Under the pieces are notes generated by a model that was not told the DNA's origin, did not search any database, and was given only the letters and a program-made list of their open reading frames with translations. DNA of 64,000 nt from positions 233,105-297,104 of IMG/VR virus record IMGVR_UViG_3300025141_000016; one strand, written 5' to 3'. Position numbers and translations under genes: made by a program. Within the stretch, counting starts at the first letter, position 1. Every line of letters starts with the position of its first letter. Below are positions 29,767 through 39,253 of this stretch, piece by piece.

Positions 29767-29793
29767 GGGGTCAGCGACCCCTCTGGTCGGGTA
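29767..29793 (+). promoter_or_regulatory. Class II motif
   Basis: GGGGT-N17-GGGTA, before 29816 and dnaN. Confidence 0.7.
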
Positions 29794-29815
29794 CAGACCC
29801 CAACAGGAGAGTTCT

Positions 29816-30088
29816 ATGAGTAGTGGACTGGATACCCGGCTGAAGACTGCCGTGGCCTTGCGTGACCGTCTGTCTGCGGAGTCGCAGAGAATCGCTGGAC
29901 GGAAGGAGGCCGCCGAAAAGGCTCTTGCTGATGTGGAAAAGGAGATCCGAGGAAAGAAACTCGACCCGGACACCCTCGACCAGACCCTTGATACGCTCAA
30001 CGCTGCATACGAGCAGGCAGTCGAATCGTTTGAGCAAGCCCTCGATGCTGCTCGTGAAGCCCTCGCCCCCTACATGGAGAACCCCTGA
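29816..30088 (+). CDS. Small coiled-coil protein
   Basis: ATG 29816 with AGGAG RBS and class II motif. Confidence 0.7.
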   Translation: MSSGLDTRLKTAVALRDRLSAESQRIAGRKEAAEKALADVEKEIRGKKLDPDTLDQTLDTLNAAYEQAVESFEQALDAAREALAPYMENP

Positions 30089-31242
30089 TGAAGATCGAAA
30101 TCGCCAAGGACGACCTTTGTGCCGCCCTCAAAGTAGCCTCCCTCACCGTCGGCAGCGGATCAGACCTGTCGAGTCATTACCTCTTTCGCGCCCTGCCTGA
30201 TGACGGGCCGTCATTTGAGGTCTTGTCCTACGACATGCGGGTGTTCTCTCGTGCTCCTCTTGGGGGGGCCTCGGGCGACGTTCTCCCAGAGTCCCGTAAT
30301 GCCTTTACCGTAGAGGCGTGGCGGCTGGACAAGTGGGTGTCCTCGGTGGGCGATGGGGTTCTGACCTTGGCGAGTGACGGCAACGGAAGTGTGGTGGCCA
30401 AAGGGCCTCGGAGCAAGATCAAGTTGCGTTCGTTGGACCCCTCCAAGTTCCCCTATTGGGACGGGCTCCTGGGAAATGCCCAGGAAGTGGGGGCAGTAGA
30501 CCCGGACCTGTTGTCGCGTGCCCTCAATCTCTCCCAGTATTTCGTCAGCACGGACGACACGAGCCGCCCGGAAATCTGTCAGACGGAGGCTACCGAAGGG
30601 GTGCTTCAGGCTACCAACCGTCGGGCGGTGTCCTCCATCAAGGTCCGTGCGCTGCCCGCACTCAACCTCCGCATCTCGGGGAAGGATCTCCCGGCTGTGC
30701 TTCGGTTCCTCGGGGACAAGAACACCCAGGGTTCCGAGGTTGTCGTCCAAGAGGCATCGCGTTCGGAGGGGGCAGGTTCCTGCTCCATCTTCCTACGACC
30801 CGATGGCTCCTACATTGGGGTAAGCCGTCCGACTGCGACGATGCCCAAACTCGATGTGGAGCCGGAGGAGACTCCCAGCAACATCGTGCTCAACGTAGAT
30901 GAGTTCAGCGGGGCGATTGATGTGTTGCTGGCTTCTGCCCCCAAGGGCCATCAAGCTGTGACCTTCCAGGCGCAGGATGGCGCTTTGGTGCTGTCGATGC
31001 CCTCGGAAGCGGGGGGTGACGACATGTACCCCTTGGTCCAGTCCACCGAGACAGAACTCGGAGACACCTCGTTTTCCTTTGACTACGGGTACGTCCGGTC
31101 TATTGCGGACCTGTTTGACCTCGACTCCGTGACCTTTGGGGTCCATCCCCGCAAGCGTGGGGGATACGTTTCGTTCTCCCATGAGGACGCAGAGGAGAAT
31201 GACGGGAACCAGTATTACACTGTGATCGTGTGGCGAACTTGA
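30088..31242 (+). CDS. dnaN: DNA polymerase III beta sliding-clamp-like protein
   Basis: MKIEIAKDDL..ALK start, DPSKFP, VSTDDTSRPEI, ATN; about 380 aa. Confidence 0.75.
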   Translation: MKIEIAKDDLCAALKVASLTVGSGSDLSSHYLFRALPDDGPSFEVLSYDMRVFSRAPLGGASGDVLPESRNAFTVEAWRLDKWVSSVGDGVLTLASDGNGSVVAKGPRSKIKLRSLDPSKFPYWDGLLGNAQEVGAVDPDLLSRALNLSQYFVSTDDTSRPEICQTEATEGVLQATNRRAVSSIKVRALPALNLRISGKDLPAVLRFLGDKNTQGSEVVVQEASRSEGAGSCSIFLRPDGSYIGVSRPTATMPKLDVEPEETPSNIVLNVDEFSGAIDVLLASAPKGHQAVTFQAQDGALVLSMPSEAGGDDMYPLVQSTETELGDTSFSFDYGYVRSIADLFDLDSVTFGVHPRKRGGYVSFSHEDAEENDGNQYYTVIVWRT

Positions 31243-31871
31243 CCGCTTTTGAGTCCCTGTGCAGGGACGTGGACCGAACCGAAGCCCTACGGGATGCGGC
31301 GGTGCGGTCCCTCTCCGTTGTGGAGAGGCAGGTGTCATCCCTGGAGGTTGAGGGTGAGGTGTTGAGCCGGGTGGCTGACCTCTTTCGTACCCTCATCGAC
31401 CGTGAGGTGGTGGACAACGCCAAGGCGGTTGAAGCCTTGCTCACGGAAGGGCTCCAGGCCATCTTCGATGATCTGGACCTCTCTGTCAGGACCGAGATTG
31501 ATGTGCAGCGGGGTAAGGTGGCCGTGGACCTGCTCACAGTACAGAAACAGGAGGATGGGACCGTGACTGAAGGGTCCAGCACAGACGCATACGGAGGTTC
31601 AGTGTCCACAGTCCAGTCAGTGCTGCTCCGTATTGTGGTCCTCAATCGACGCGGGCTGCGGCCCCTGCTCTTGCTGGACGAGAGCCTGGGAGCCGTTGCG
31701 GAACACTATGTCCCTCGCGTGGGGCAGTTCCTTTCGCTTCTTTGCAAGCGCATGGGGCTTGACGTGCTGGCTGTGACCCACAACCCTGCTGTGGTGGAAG
31801 CCGCGCAGACGGTCTACCGACTCAAAAAGAAAGACGGGAAGGCCACCTTCCGTAAGGTGGCTGTGAAGTGA
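31230..31871 (+). CDS. SbcC/Rad50 C-terminal half (signature, Walker B, H-loop)
   Basis: Coiled coil, then YGGS, LLLLDESLG, VTH. Confidence 0.8.
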   Translation: MANLTAFESLCRDVDRTEALRDAAVRSLSVVERQVSSLEVEGEVLSRVADLFRTLIDREVVDNAKAVEALLTEGLQAIFDDLDLSVRTEIDVQRGKVAVDLLTVQKQEDGTVTEGSSTDAYGGSVSTVQSVLLRIVVLNRRGLRPLLLLDESLGAVAEHYVPRVGQFLSLLCKRMGLDVLAVTHNPAVVEAAQTVYRLKKKDGKATFRKVAVK

Positions 31872-32308
31872 GGTCCGCGAGCGCCATTCACCACAAAATC
31901 CGACAGGCGCAGTACCGTCATGTCAAGCGGGCACTACGGGCTCGGTTCCCCAAAGGGGAGGATTGGGACAAGGGTGAAGTGGCCCAGGTCAAGGCAGAGT
32001 TTCGTGAGTTCTTTGGCAAGGCCCCTCTCCATGAGATCGCTCGTGATTGCCCTGACGTGGCAGCGTTGCTCTGGGTGAGTGGAAGCCGCCAAGAGAACTT
32101 GGTGCCTGGAGGCACTTTGGTCGGGAAGATGGGAGGGGTCTTGCTGTGGGCTGACACTCCCGAGGGAGCAGACCGGGCGCGGGAGATGATTGATCTGTTG
32201 GCCGATGCGAGCAAGTCCTCCGATGAGGAGGACGCATCGCTCCCCGACAATGGGGCTGGGGTTCCCACGGCCCCCCGACAGTCGTGGTGGCAGAGGATTT
32301 TCCGATGA
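31868..32308 (+). CDS. Hypothetical protein
   Basis: Translationally coupled ORF. Confidence 0.6.
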   Translation: MRSASAIHHKIRQAQYRHVKRALRARFPKGEDWDKGEVAQVKAEFREFFGKAPLHEIARDCPDVAALLWVSGSRQENLVPGGTLVGKMGGVLLWADTPEGADRAREMIDLLADASKSSDEEDASLPDNGAGVPTAPRQSWWQRIFR

Positions 32309-32838
32309 ACGCCCACCTGCTGGGGCATGTTGAGTGTCCGGTCAAAAAAAGACCCCTGATGATCGACAATGTGCCCGCATCAACCGATCCCGATGCAGGC
32401 CCATTCTTGATCACATCGAGCAAGAGTCTGATGTGGGTGGAGCGAGCCTTTGAAACAGGGTTCCTACGGGTGGCTGTTCGTAAGGACACCCTTGACCAAC
32501 TCTACCGAGGCATTGTCGAGGAGATCGCCACAGAGGGTGTTTCCCGAGAGTGGGGAAATGTCCATCCGGGGACCAAGGATGGAGTGCTTGCTTGCATGGC
32601 GCACCTGTCGTATTACGGGCTCCCTGACCCCGTGCTTCTGTACGGCGAGGAGTTCGACATTGGGCTGGCCCCGGCTATCCAGCGTGTTCCTGCTGACTGG
32701 CTACCCCCTACCTGGGGAGTGGTCATTCCTGACGACCGTTCGTTCGTCGGGACGGCGTATGTGTTTGGTGGGGGCCACCTTGGGGCGGTGGTCCACAACT
32801 CTTCGCGGGGATTGTGCGTGATTCGGGGTGGGGCCTAA
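32305..32838 (+). CDS. Hypothetical protein
   Basis: ATGA-coupled ORF. Confidence 0.6.
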   Translation: MNAHLLGHVECPVKKRPLMIDNVPASTDPDAGPFLITSSKSLMWVERAFETGFLRVAVRKDTLDQLYRGIVEEIATEGVSREWGNVHPGTKDGVLACMAHLSYYGLPDPVLLYGEEFDIGLAPAIQRVPADWLPPTWGVVIPDDRSFVGTAYVFGGGHLGAVVHNSSRGLCVIRGGA

Positions 32839-32894
32839 ACCACCTCGGGTTTTCGCGGTTCTCACTTGTCACCTTCCCTCATGTGGGGTGGAAA

Positions 32895-33302
32895 ATGTCT
32901 CGACCGTTGATCCCGTGTGCGAAGTGCGCGTCCCTCACTACGGACCTGTACCGGGACCGCGACTTCTCTGGACAGGGCTTTCCGCGTGATGCGGTACTTC
33001 ACTGTCGGTGTTGCGGCTACCGGTTGCATGGGGCGATAGCGATTGCGTACACCGAGCGCGTTTTGAAAGAGAAGGAGAAGGCTGCAAAGGAACTTCGCTT
33101 GGGGCAACGCCGTAAGGCTGCGGAGGAGGCACGGCGCAAGGAGGAGCAGCGTCAGTTGGAGCAGTTGCAGCGATCCTGTGAGTCTCTATGTGCATGGGAA
33201 GGTTGCGAGAAGGAGGCCCGGTCCACATCGAAGTATTGTTCGCGCTCATGCTCCAACAAGAACGCTCGGGCTCGCCACAGGAAGCGGCTTCGTTGTGCGT
33301 GA
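32895..33302 (+). CDS. Zinc-finger protein (CGNR-like C-terminus)
   Basis: CAKC..CRCC; CAWEGC..KYCSRSCSNK..RHRKR. Confidence 0.65.
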   Translation: MSRPLIPCAKCASLTTDLYRDRDFSGQGFPRDAVLHCRCCGYRLHGAIAIAYTERVLKEKEKAAKELRLGQRRKAAEEARRKEEQRQLEQLQRSCESLCAWEGCEKEARSTSKYCSRSCSNKNARARHRKRLRCA

Positions 33303-33305
33303 GGG

Positions 33306-33320
33306 AGGTAATCAGTCTAT
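33306..33320 (+). promoter_or_regulatory. Class I motif
   Basis: AGGTAA-tcagt-CTAT, before 33365. Confidence 0.7.
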
Positions 33321-33364
33321 TGGATGACCTATGGGTGTAGAGGCCCCCATAGGAAGACGCGACG

Positions 33365-33772
33365 ATGACTGATGCCCTGATTTCCCAACTATTCGACTTT
33401 GGCAGTCTCGGGCTGTTTGCTGCGTTCCTTGTCTATCAGCATCTCGGGATGCAGAGGCGGCTCGATGGGCTGACCTCTGGTTTCCAGGCCCAGTTGAAAG
33501 AGATCGAGAAAGCCCATGAGGGTCGTATCGAGATCATGCGTGGTCGATATGATGTGGTGATGGATCGGGTGAGGGCAGAGGGGGCGGCGGCTCTCCAGCA
33601 CTGTATGGCCCAGCGAGATGAACTCATCGCCAAACTCGGGGAGCAGGTTGATGGGGTCGCCAAGAAGATGGATGCCTCGATGTTCAAGCAAGAGGTGGCC
33701 CTCGCAAAGATCGAGGAGGCATTGGACGAGATTCGGCGCGAGCGGGAGCGGCGTTGCTTCAGAGATCGGTAG
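33365..33772 (+). CDS. Holin-like membrane protein (N-terminal TM + coiled coil)
   Basis: FGSLGLFAAFLVY TM segment, then coiled coil; class I promoter. Confidence 0.5.
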   Translation: MTDALISQLFDFGSLGLFAAFLVYQHLGMQRRLDGLTSGFQAQLKEIEKAHEGRIEIMRGRYDVVMDRVRAEGAAALQHCMAQRDELIAKLGEQVDGVAKKMDASMFKQEVALAKIEEALDEIRRERERRCFRDR

Positions 33773-33781
33773 TTCCCCTAT
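33767..33781 (+). promoter_or_regulatory. Class I motif
   Basis: CGGTAG-ttccc-CTAT, before 33819. Confidence 0.75.
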
Positions 33782-33818
33782 GCACCAGAGAGGGTAAGTA
33801 CCCCCGTGGAGATTTCGC

Positions 33819-35057
33819 ATGGCTACCCCTACTGACCGACAACTCCTCATCCGTGTGGCCTCCACTCTCCCTGTGGGGTCAGAAGCACGTCGCGTGATCC
33901 TGGCTGGGTGCGAGAAGCTGAAGGTTCCCGCGATGCGCGAGAACTGCGAGAAGTCCAAAGAGGACGGTGTTCAACCCGGTAAGGGCAAGTCGAAGTCAAA
34001 GTCGAAGGGTGACGACAAGATGCCAGCCGAGTTGCTGGAGAAGTTCAAGGCCAAGAAGAAGGCCAAGACCGCTCGGCTGATGAAGCGGCAAGAGAAGATC
34101 CTTCGCCAGTACCTCGACTCCGCATCGAGTCCAGCGATGGACTACGACGGCCTACCCCCGCAGGTTCAGAGTGCTTTGAGGCGCGTCAAGAACCAAGAAA
34201 CCCTGCACAGTGACGTGGAACGCTGGCTCGGGGACAACGCCCAACGCTCGATGTGGGCTTCCAACCGACCAGCTTTGATTCGCCTCGCTTCCAGTCTTCC
34301 TGCTGGGTCAGATGAGCGTAGGGTCATCCTCGCAAGGATCCAGAAAGAGGCCCGAGGTGGATGGGATGAGGTCATTTCCGGTGACCTCATGCGTGCTCGC
34401 TTCGGTGGTCAGAGGGTGATGATCGAGGAGATGCCGGGGAAACCCGTCAAGCGCAAGGTCCGTCGCATCACATTTTCGACGGAGTGGGTGATGCGTGGTG
34501 GGTGGTTCCGCCCCGACGGCCCTTTCCTGATGAGCAACATCTGGAATGATGCCGGTATCACCAAGAACATGACCTATGACCGAGCAGTGGCGGCGATGAG
34601 AGGGGCTATCGAGGAGGTGGGCACCAAGGCACTGAAAGAGGCAGCCAAACTCTCCAAGAAGTATCCGGGCAACTACATGACCCCTGCCGAGATGCAGGCG
34701 CAGTTGGATAAGGTCAAGTGGCCCAAAAACTTCCTCGGGAACGAGGAAGTTGTGTCGTTCTTGGAGGTCGAGCCGCAAGACTATTCCCCGATTTCTTTCA
34801 AGGGAAAGGACTTCGCGGGAACATCGAGATGGGATGAGTTCACGTTCTACGACGAGGCAGACAAGGACGACTACATGGCCCAGATGGAAGGGATGCGGGC
34901 GTTCTACAAGTCTACGTCGAAGGGTGCCGCCCGTAAGCTGTTCAAGCTGCTGAAGGCTGACCCCGACGTGGTTCGGAACATGGACAACGGGGACTTCCTG
35001 TTGTGGCTCGGCAAGAACAAGGTCAGCCACCGATACGTCCCCACCGTCTGGCGCTGA
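33819..35057 (+). CDS. Tag-A polyprotein (two tags, unknown cargo domains)
   Basis: LIRVASTLPVGSEARRVILAG and LIRLASSLPAGSDERRVILAR; KTAR and KEAR linkers. Confidence 0.75.
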   Translation: MATPTDRQLLIRVASTLPVGSEARRVILAGCEKLKVPAMRENCEKSKEDGVQPGKGKSKSKSKGDDKMPAELLEKFKAKKKAKTARLMKRQEKILRQYLDSASSPAMDYDGLPPQVQSALRRVKNQETLHSDVERWLGDNAQRSMWASNRPALIRLASSLPAGSDERRVILARIQKEARGGWDEVISGDLMRARFGGQRVMIEEMPGKPVKRKVRRITFSTEWVMRGGWFRPDGPFLMSNIWNDAGITKNMTYDRAVAAMRGAIEEVGTKALKEAAKLSKKYPGNYMTPAEMQAQLDKVKWPKNFLGNEEVVSFLEVEPQDYSPISFKGKDFAGTSRWDEFTFYDEADKDDYMAQMEGMRAFYKSTSKGAARKLFKLLKADPDVVRNMDNGDFLLWLGKNKVSHRYVPTVWR

Positions 35058-35061
35058 CAGG

Positions 35062-35088
35062 GGGGTCTGACCCCAGCCCGAATGGGTA
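35062..35088 (+). promoter_or_regulatory. Class II motif
   Basis: GGGGT-N17-GGGTA, before the primase. Confidence 0.7.
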
Positions 35089-35097
35089 GGCCCCTCC

Positions 35098-35820
35098 ATG
35101 AGAGAGTGGTTGACCGAAGCACTGTTGTCCTCTGCCGAGGACACCCCCCAGGAAGCCGAGGGCTATGTCCTCGGTCGTGGCCTGCCGTCCAGGCTGATGG
35201 AGGAGATGCGTGTCGGTCTGTGGCGGTGTCCATCGACGCGGGCTCCAGATGGGGCCTTCGTTGATCGACACGGATCATCGGGTCACCGGGTGGACCACTG
35301 GCTTGCCATCCCCCTCTGGTCCCCTCGGGGTCGAGTTGTCGGTGTGGAGTTCCGCACCTGGGAGGGGGAGAAGAACGTCAGCAAGTACCACCTGCCCGAG
35401 TCGGCTTGGGCACCTGTGTTCGTCGGGTTGACCCCATCACACCTCGACCGCATCTGGGCCGGGGGAGATGTGTGGCTTGTTGAAGGGGTCTTTGACCTTG
35501 CCCTGGCTCATGTGACTCCCGAGCGGGATGCGGTGCTGTCTACCGGAGGGGCGAAGATCACGCCCAGGCAGGTTGCCTTCCTTCAACGGTTCATGGTTCC
35601 AAACGCTATGGTCCATGTGGTTTTCGACATGGATGAGACAGGACAGAAGATGGTCCATGGTTACACTCACCCCGAGTCAGGCCGGGAGGTCTGGGGTGTC
35701 CTTCAACGTCTGGAGAGGGCTCGCGTTCAGTGCCGCCCCGTCCAGTATCGGGGGAAAGACCCCAGCGCGGTTTGGGCAGTGGGGGGAGAGCGACACCTTC
35801 GTTCTGTCTTCGGGTTGTGA
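35098..35820 (+). CDS. DNA primase (TOPRIM domain, no N-terminal Zn finger)
   Basis: AIPL..GRVVG..R, VWLVEGVFD, FDMDETG, KDP. Confidence 0.8.
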   Translation: MREWLTEALLSSAEDTPQEAEGYVLGRGLPSRLMEEMRVGLWRCPSTRAPDGAFVDRHGSSGHRVDHWLAIPLWSPRGRVVGVEFRTWEGEKNVSKYHLPESAWAPVFVGLTPSHLDRIWAGGDVWLVEGVFDLALAHVTPERDAVLSTGGAKITPRQVAFLQRFMVPNAMVHVVFDMDETGQKMVHGYTHPESGREVWGVLQRLERARVQCRPVQYRGKDPSAVWAVGGERHLRSVFGL

Positions 35821-35823
35821 AGG

Positions 35824-35850
35824 GGGGTGCTCCCCACCCCCCGATGGGTA
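35824..35850 (+). promoter_or_regulatory. Class II motif
   Basis: GGGGT-N17-GGGTA, heading the dnaX-nusG-sigma operon. Confidence 0.7.
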
Positions 35851-35887
35851 TGGATAGGTGTTTACCACACTGAAAAGGAGAACCCTC

Positions 35888-36358
35888 ATGCCTGTGGAAA
35901 TCTGGAAAGCGAGTGACGACGTACACACTACCGTTCGTACCCTCGTCGCCAACAACCATCCCGACCTTGCCCTGGTCGTGGACGAGATCGTCGTAGTCTT
36001 CCGTGAAAGGGCCGGGAAGTCAGGGGGTCAGGTCATTCTGGGCTCCAGCAAGAAAGTCCAAGCCCTCGCCAACGCCATCGGCAACACGACCTACAAGTTC
36101 GTGGTGGAGGTGGCTGCCGACCAGTGGGAGAACGAACTCGGCTCCAAGCAGCGCGAGGCGTTGCTTGACCACCTGCTCACCGCCTGCCGGTGCGAGGAAG
36201 ACCCCAAGACGGGCGACATGAAATGCACCGTCGCCAAGCCCGACATTATGGCGTTCCGCGAGAACGTCGAGCGGTACGGGATGTGGTTCCCCCGTGATGA
36301 TCCTGATGAGTCGAGCGCACCCTCGCCTGTCGAGGAAATGTTCGGCTCCGACGAGTAG
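35888..36358 (+). CDS. Phage metallopeptidase-like protein with degenerate HExxH
   Basis: W..L..QREALLDHLLTAC..KPDI..F..VERYG pattern. Confidence 0.6.
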   Translation: MPVEIWKASDDVHTTVRTLVANNHPDLALVVDEIVVVFRERAGKSGGQVILGSSKKVQALANAIGNTTYKFVVEVAADQWENELGSKQREALLDHLLTACRCEEDPKTGDMKCTVAKPDIMAFRENVERYGMWFPRDDPDESSAPSPVEEMFGSDE

Positions 36359-36367
36359 GGGGGAGTC

Positions 36368-36724
36368 ATGTGGGGACTGGATATGATCCGCCATATCAAT
36401 GAGGAAGCCGCTACCAAGGCTCGTGGGGAGGGGGCTGTCCCTTATCGGATGGACTCTCCTGACGAACTGGGGGAGTGGCCTCCCTTCCCGTTCCCGCACA
36501 TCGGCTATGCCTGCGAGGAGGTTGATGAGACGCATGAGCGTCTGGACACCCTCTTTGTGGACTCATCGGGCTTTGGTGGGGAGGAGGAGCCAGCGTTGAC
36601 CCTGCGTGCTTTCAAGGCTCGACTGGTGGCCCTTCATAGGGAGCACGGTTCCCTCTTCCTCGCCATCGAGGAGGTAGGCCAGTTCCAAGTCTATGTCGCT
36701 ATCTGGAAGGCTGATGGCGCTTGA
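36368..36724 (+). CDS. Hypothetical protein
   Basis: ORF with GGAG RBS. Confidence 0.6.
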   Translation: MWGLDMIRHINEEAATKARGEGAVPYRMDSPDELGEWPPFPFPHIGYACEEVDETHERLDTLFVDSSGFGGEEEPALTLRAFKARLVALHREHGSLFLAIEEVGQFQVYVAIWKADGA

Positions 36725-38126
36725 TACCAAGTATCGGCCCCGGACCTATGGGGATGTGCTGGGCCAGGATGCCACCGTGGCTGTCCTTCGCCAGTTCGTG
36801 AAGGAGGGAAGGGGGCTTCACCAGTCCTACGTCTTCTGTGGGCAGCACGGATCGGGGAAGACAACCCTCGGTCGTCTTCTTGCTCGGTCGTTGCTGTGTG
36901 AGGCTCCGGTTGAGGGGGCCTCTTGCGACTCCTGTGGGTCGTGCCGGGTGCTTCTCGATGGGGGCACCCACGAGTGTTTTGAGGAACTGGATGCGGCTAC
37001 GAAGTCGGGGAAGGCAGACCTCGCCCGAATCGTTGAAGACGTGACCTACTCCACCTATTCGGGAAAGCGCAGGATCTACCTTTTCGATGAGTCCCATCGC
37101 CTGTCCAAACAGGCCCTCGACGTGCTCTTGAAGCCGATGGAGGACAACGTGTTGGGGTCAGAGGAAAAGCGGCTCGTGTGCATCTTCTGTACCACCGAGC
37201 CAGCCAAGATGGCGAGCACCATCTTCTCGCGCTGTGCCCCGGCCTTCGTGATCCGCCCCGCACCTCTCCCCGAGATTGTGGAACGGTTGACCCATGTTTG
37301 TGGGCAGGAAGGGATTGAGTACGAAGGGGATGCTCTCACTCTCCTCGTGGAGCAGAGTGAGAGCCATATCCGAGATGCCTTGAAGATGGTCGAGGGGGTT
37401 TCGATGCTCGGGGGCATCACCCGGACTAATGCAGCAGCTTACTTGCATCTGGAGGCGAACGAGGAGGTTCTGGGGCTTCTGGAGGCCCTTGGGTCGGACC
37501 TCAACCGTGTGGTGAGCGTTGCCACCTCACTCTCCGAGAGGATGAGCCCGTCGGGGGCCTATGAGCGAGTAGCGGAAGCAGCGATGCTTGTCTACCGGGT
37601 TTACTTGGGGGTTGCCTCAATCCCTACCAAGTGGGATGGTGGTCGGGTGAAGGCCCTGGCAGAGTCGGGGCCGTCTCTTCTCACCGTCGCTTCCCGTTTT
37701 GCTGCCCCACCCCACCGTCCTACGCGGCAGACCTTGATCCTTGACTCGGTTGCCTCCCATCACCTCTACGGGTCCGATGTGGGGGTTTCTGTCGGAGCCC
37801 AGATCGTTGTATCTGCCCCCGCGCCCCCCGTTGCTGCTCCCCCCACCCCCCCACTTGTTTCGGGGGCTTGCTCGGCACTTTCGGAAGGCTCGTCTCCTGA
37901 CCTTGATCCTGTGGGTAATGTCGGTCATGGATCAGACACGCCAACAGCATCAACAACCGCCAACGGGATATGGGTGGACTCCCGAGCGGTGGGTCATGGC
38001 CCTGTTTCGCGGACTGACAAGTCCCAACCCACATCCGATAAAGAATCTCTCTCGTCACCTGTTTTTCGTGAACTGGTACGTCACCATCTCCGAAGGATGA
38101 TGGGTGACCATGGACGTTCGGGATGA
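36714..38126 (+). CDS. dnaX: DNA polymerase III gamma/tau clamp-loader ATPase
   Basis: KYRP..DVLGQ, GQHGSGKTT, C-x-CxxCxxC, ELDAA, FDESH, CTTE, SRC, RDAL. Confidence 0.93.
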   Translation: MALDTKYRPRTYGDVLGQDATVAVLRQFVKEGRGLHQSYVFCGQHGSGKTTLGRLLARSLLCEAPVEGASCDSCGSCRVLLDGGTHECFEELDAATKSGKADLARIVEDVTYSTYSGKRRIYLFDESHRLSKQALDVLLKPMEDNVLGSEEKRLVCIFCTTEPAKMASTIFSRCAPAFVIRPAPLPEIVERLTHVCGQEGIEYEGDALTLLVEQSESHIRDALKMVEGVSMLGGITRTNAAAYLHLEANEEVLGLLEALGSDLNRVVSVATSLSERMSPSGAYERVAEAAMLVYRVYLGVASIPTKWDGGRVKALAESGPSLLTVASRFAAPPHRPTRQTLILDSVASHHLYGSDVGVSVGAQIVVSAPAPPVAAPPTPPLVSGACSALSEGSSPDLDPVGNVGHGSDTPTASTTANGIWVDSRAVGHGPVSRTDKSQPTSDKESLSSPVFRELVRHHLRRMMGDHGRSG

Positions 38127-38652
38127 AATCACATGGGCAGTTTTGGAACTCTCTCCACACGGAGAGCGAGTAGCCGAGGCGGGTCTGTTGGAGGAGATCC
38201 TTCGTGACTACTCCGACATGCCGGAGGGGCATCCGGTTTTCGTCCCTTATCTCACCCTCACTTACAGTGGAACGCAGTCACTCTTCTCGGTAATGGAGGG
38301 GTACGCCTTCGTGGGTTCTGGGCTTCCAGATCACTCCTACCGAGGTTTACTCAACACCCCTTATGTGCGGGGACTCCTATCGAGGGGAGGGAATGGGCAG
38401 TCGTGGGTTTTGGACACGGTGCCGGACGCATCTGTGCGCGAACTGCGCCAACGGTTGAATGAACTCGTAGCCGTTGAGATACAAGTGGATATGAAAGTTA
38501 CGGTCATTGAGGGCTCTTACTCGGGCCTGGAGGGTAAGGTAGTCAGCGTTGGGCCAAAACATGCGATGGTTTTGGTCGAGCTTCGCTCCCTACGGGCGCT
38601 GAAAAAGATGCCGCGCTTCATCCTTCGCCCCTGGGAAGAACCTAATGAGTAA
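38110..38652 (+). CDS. NusG/RfaH-like transcription elongation factor
   Basis: NGN-like (VFVP..MEGYAFV) plus KOW (VTVIEGSYSGLEGKV). Confidence 0.75.
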   Translation: MDVRDEITWAVLELSPHGERVAEAGLLEEILRDYSDMPEGHPVFVPYLTLTYSGTQSLFSVMEGYAFVGSGLPDHSYRGLLNTPYVRGLLSRGGNGQSWVLDTVPDASVRELRQRLNELVAVEIQVDMKVTVIEGSYSGLEGKVVSVGPKHAMVLVELRSLRALKKMPRFILRPWEEPNE

Positions 38653-39253
38653 CTATTGGTGCAGTCATATCGTTCTGGATCCCTCCGACATGGAGAGGAT
38701 TTTTTCAACCGAGGACACCCTCTCCAACTACCCCAGCATCTCCGAGGAGATGTCGGATGAAAGCAAGGAGGAGTTAGACCAAGTGAAGGGGGTTCTGGAG
38801 CAGATCCCCCCGCGTGAGGCTGACTTCGTGGAGTTGTACTTCTTTCAGAAACTCCGGCAGACCACCATTGCGGAGATGTTCAACATCAGCCAGCCGACGG
38901 TGTGCTACCGACTTCAACGAGCCGCAGCCAGGATCCGCTATCTCATCGACATGCCGACTTACAACGTCTGGCTGATGGAGCAGGATCTCCGAGGGGTGCT
39001 CACTGATCCCCGAGACATTGAGATCATGTTGGGGATGGTTGAGACAACCTGTCAGTCGGAAGTGGCGAAGCGGATGGGGGTGACACAGGGTTTTGTGCGG
39101 CACCGCTTCTTCCGCACTATCGACCGCCTGAAGAAGATGAGCGGCATGGATACCTATGTGCAGGTGTACGAACATGTGGCCGGGAACCTCAACATCCTCA
39201 AAGAGACACAGCGATCTCAATGGTCCGAGCCGGTGATCTACGTCGTGAACTGA
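38645..39253 (+). CDS. Sigma-70 region 4-like double-HTH protein
   Basis: IPPREADFVELYF..QTTIAEMFNISQPTV..RLQRA; second HTH QSEVAKRMGVTQGFV. Confidence 0.7.
   Translation: MSNYWCSHIVLDPSDMERIFSTEDTLSNYPSISEEMSDESKEELDQVKGVLEQIPPREADFVELYFFQKLRQTTIAEMFNISQPTVCYRLQRAAARIRYLIDMPTYNVWLMEQDLRGVLTDPRDIEIMLGMVETTCQSEVAKRMGVTQGFVRHRFFRTIDRLKKMSGMDTYVQVYEHVAGNLNILKETQRSQWSEPVIYVVN

Noticed and set aside
32825-32851. GGGGT-N17-GGGTT upstream of 32895
   Set aside because: Mismatch at the otherwise invariant final A; not counted as class II.
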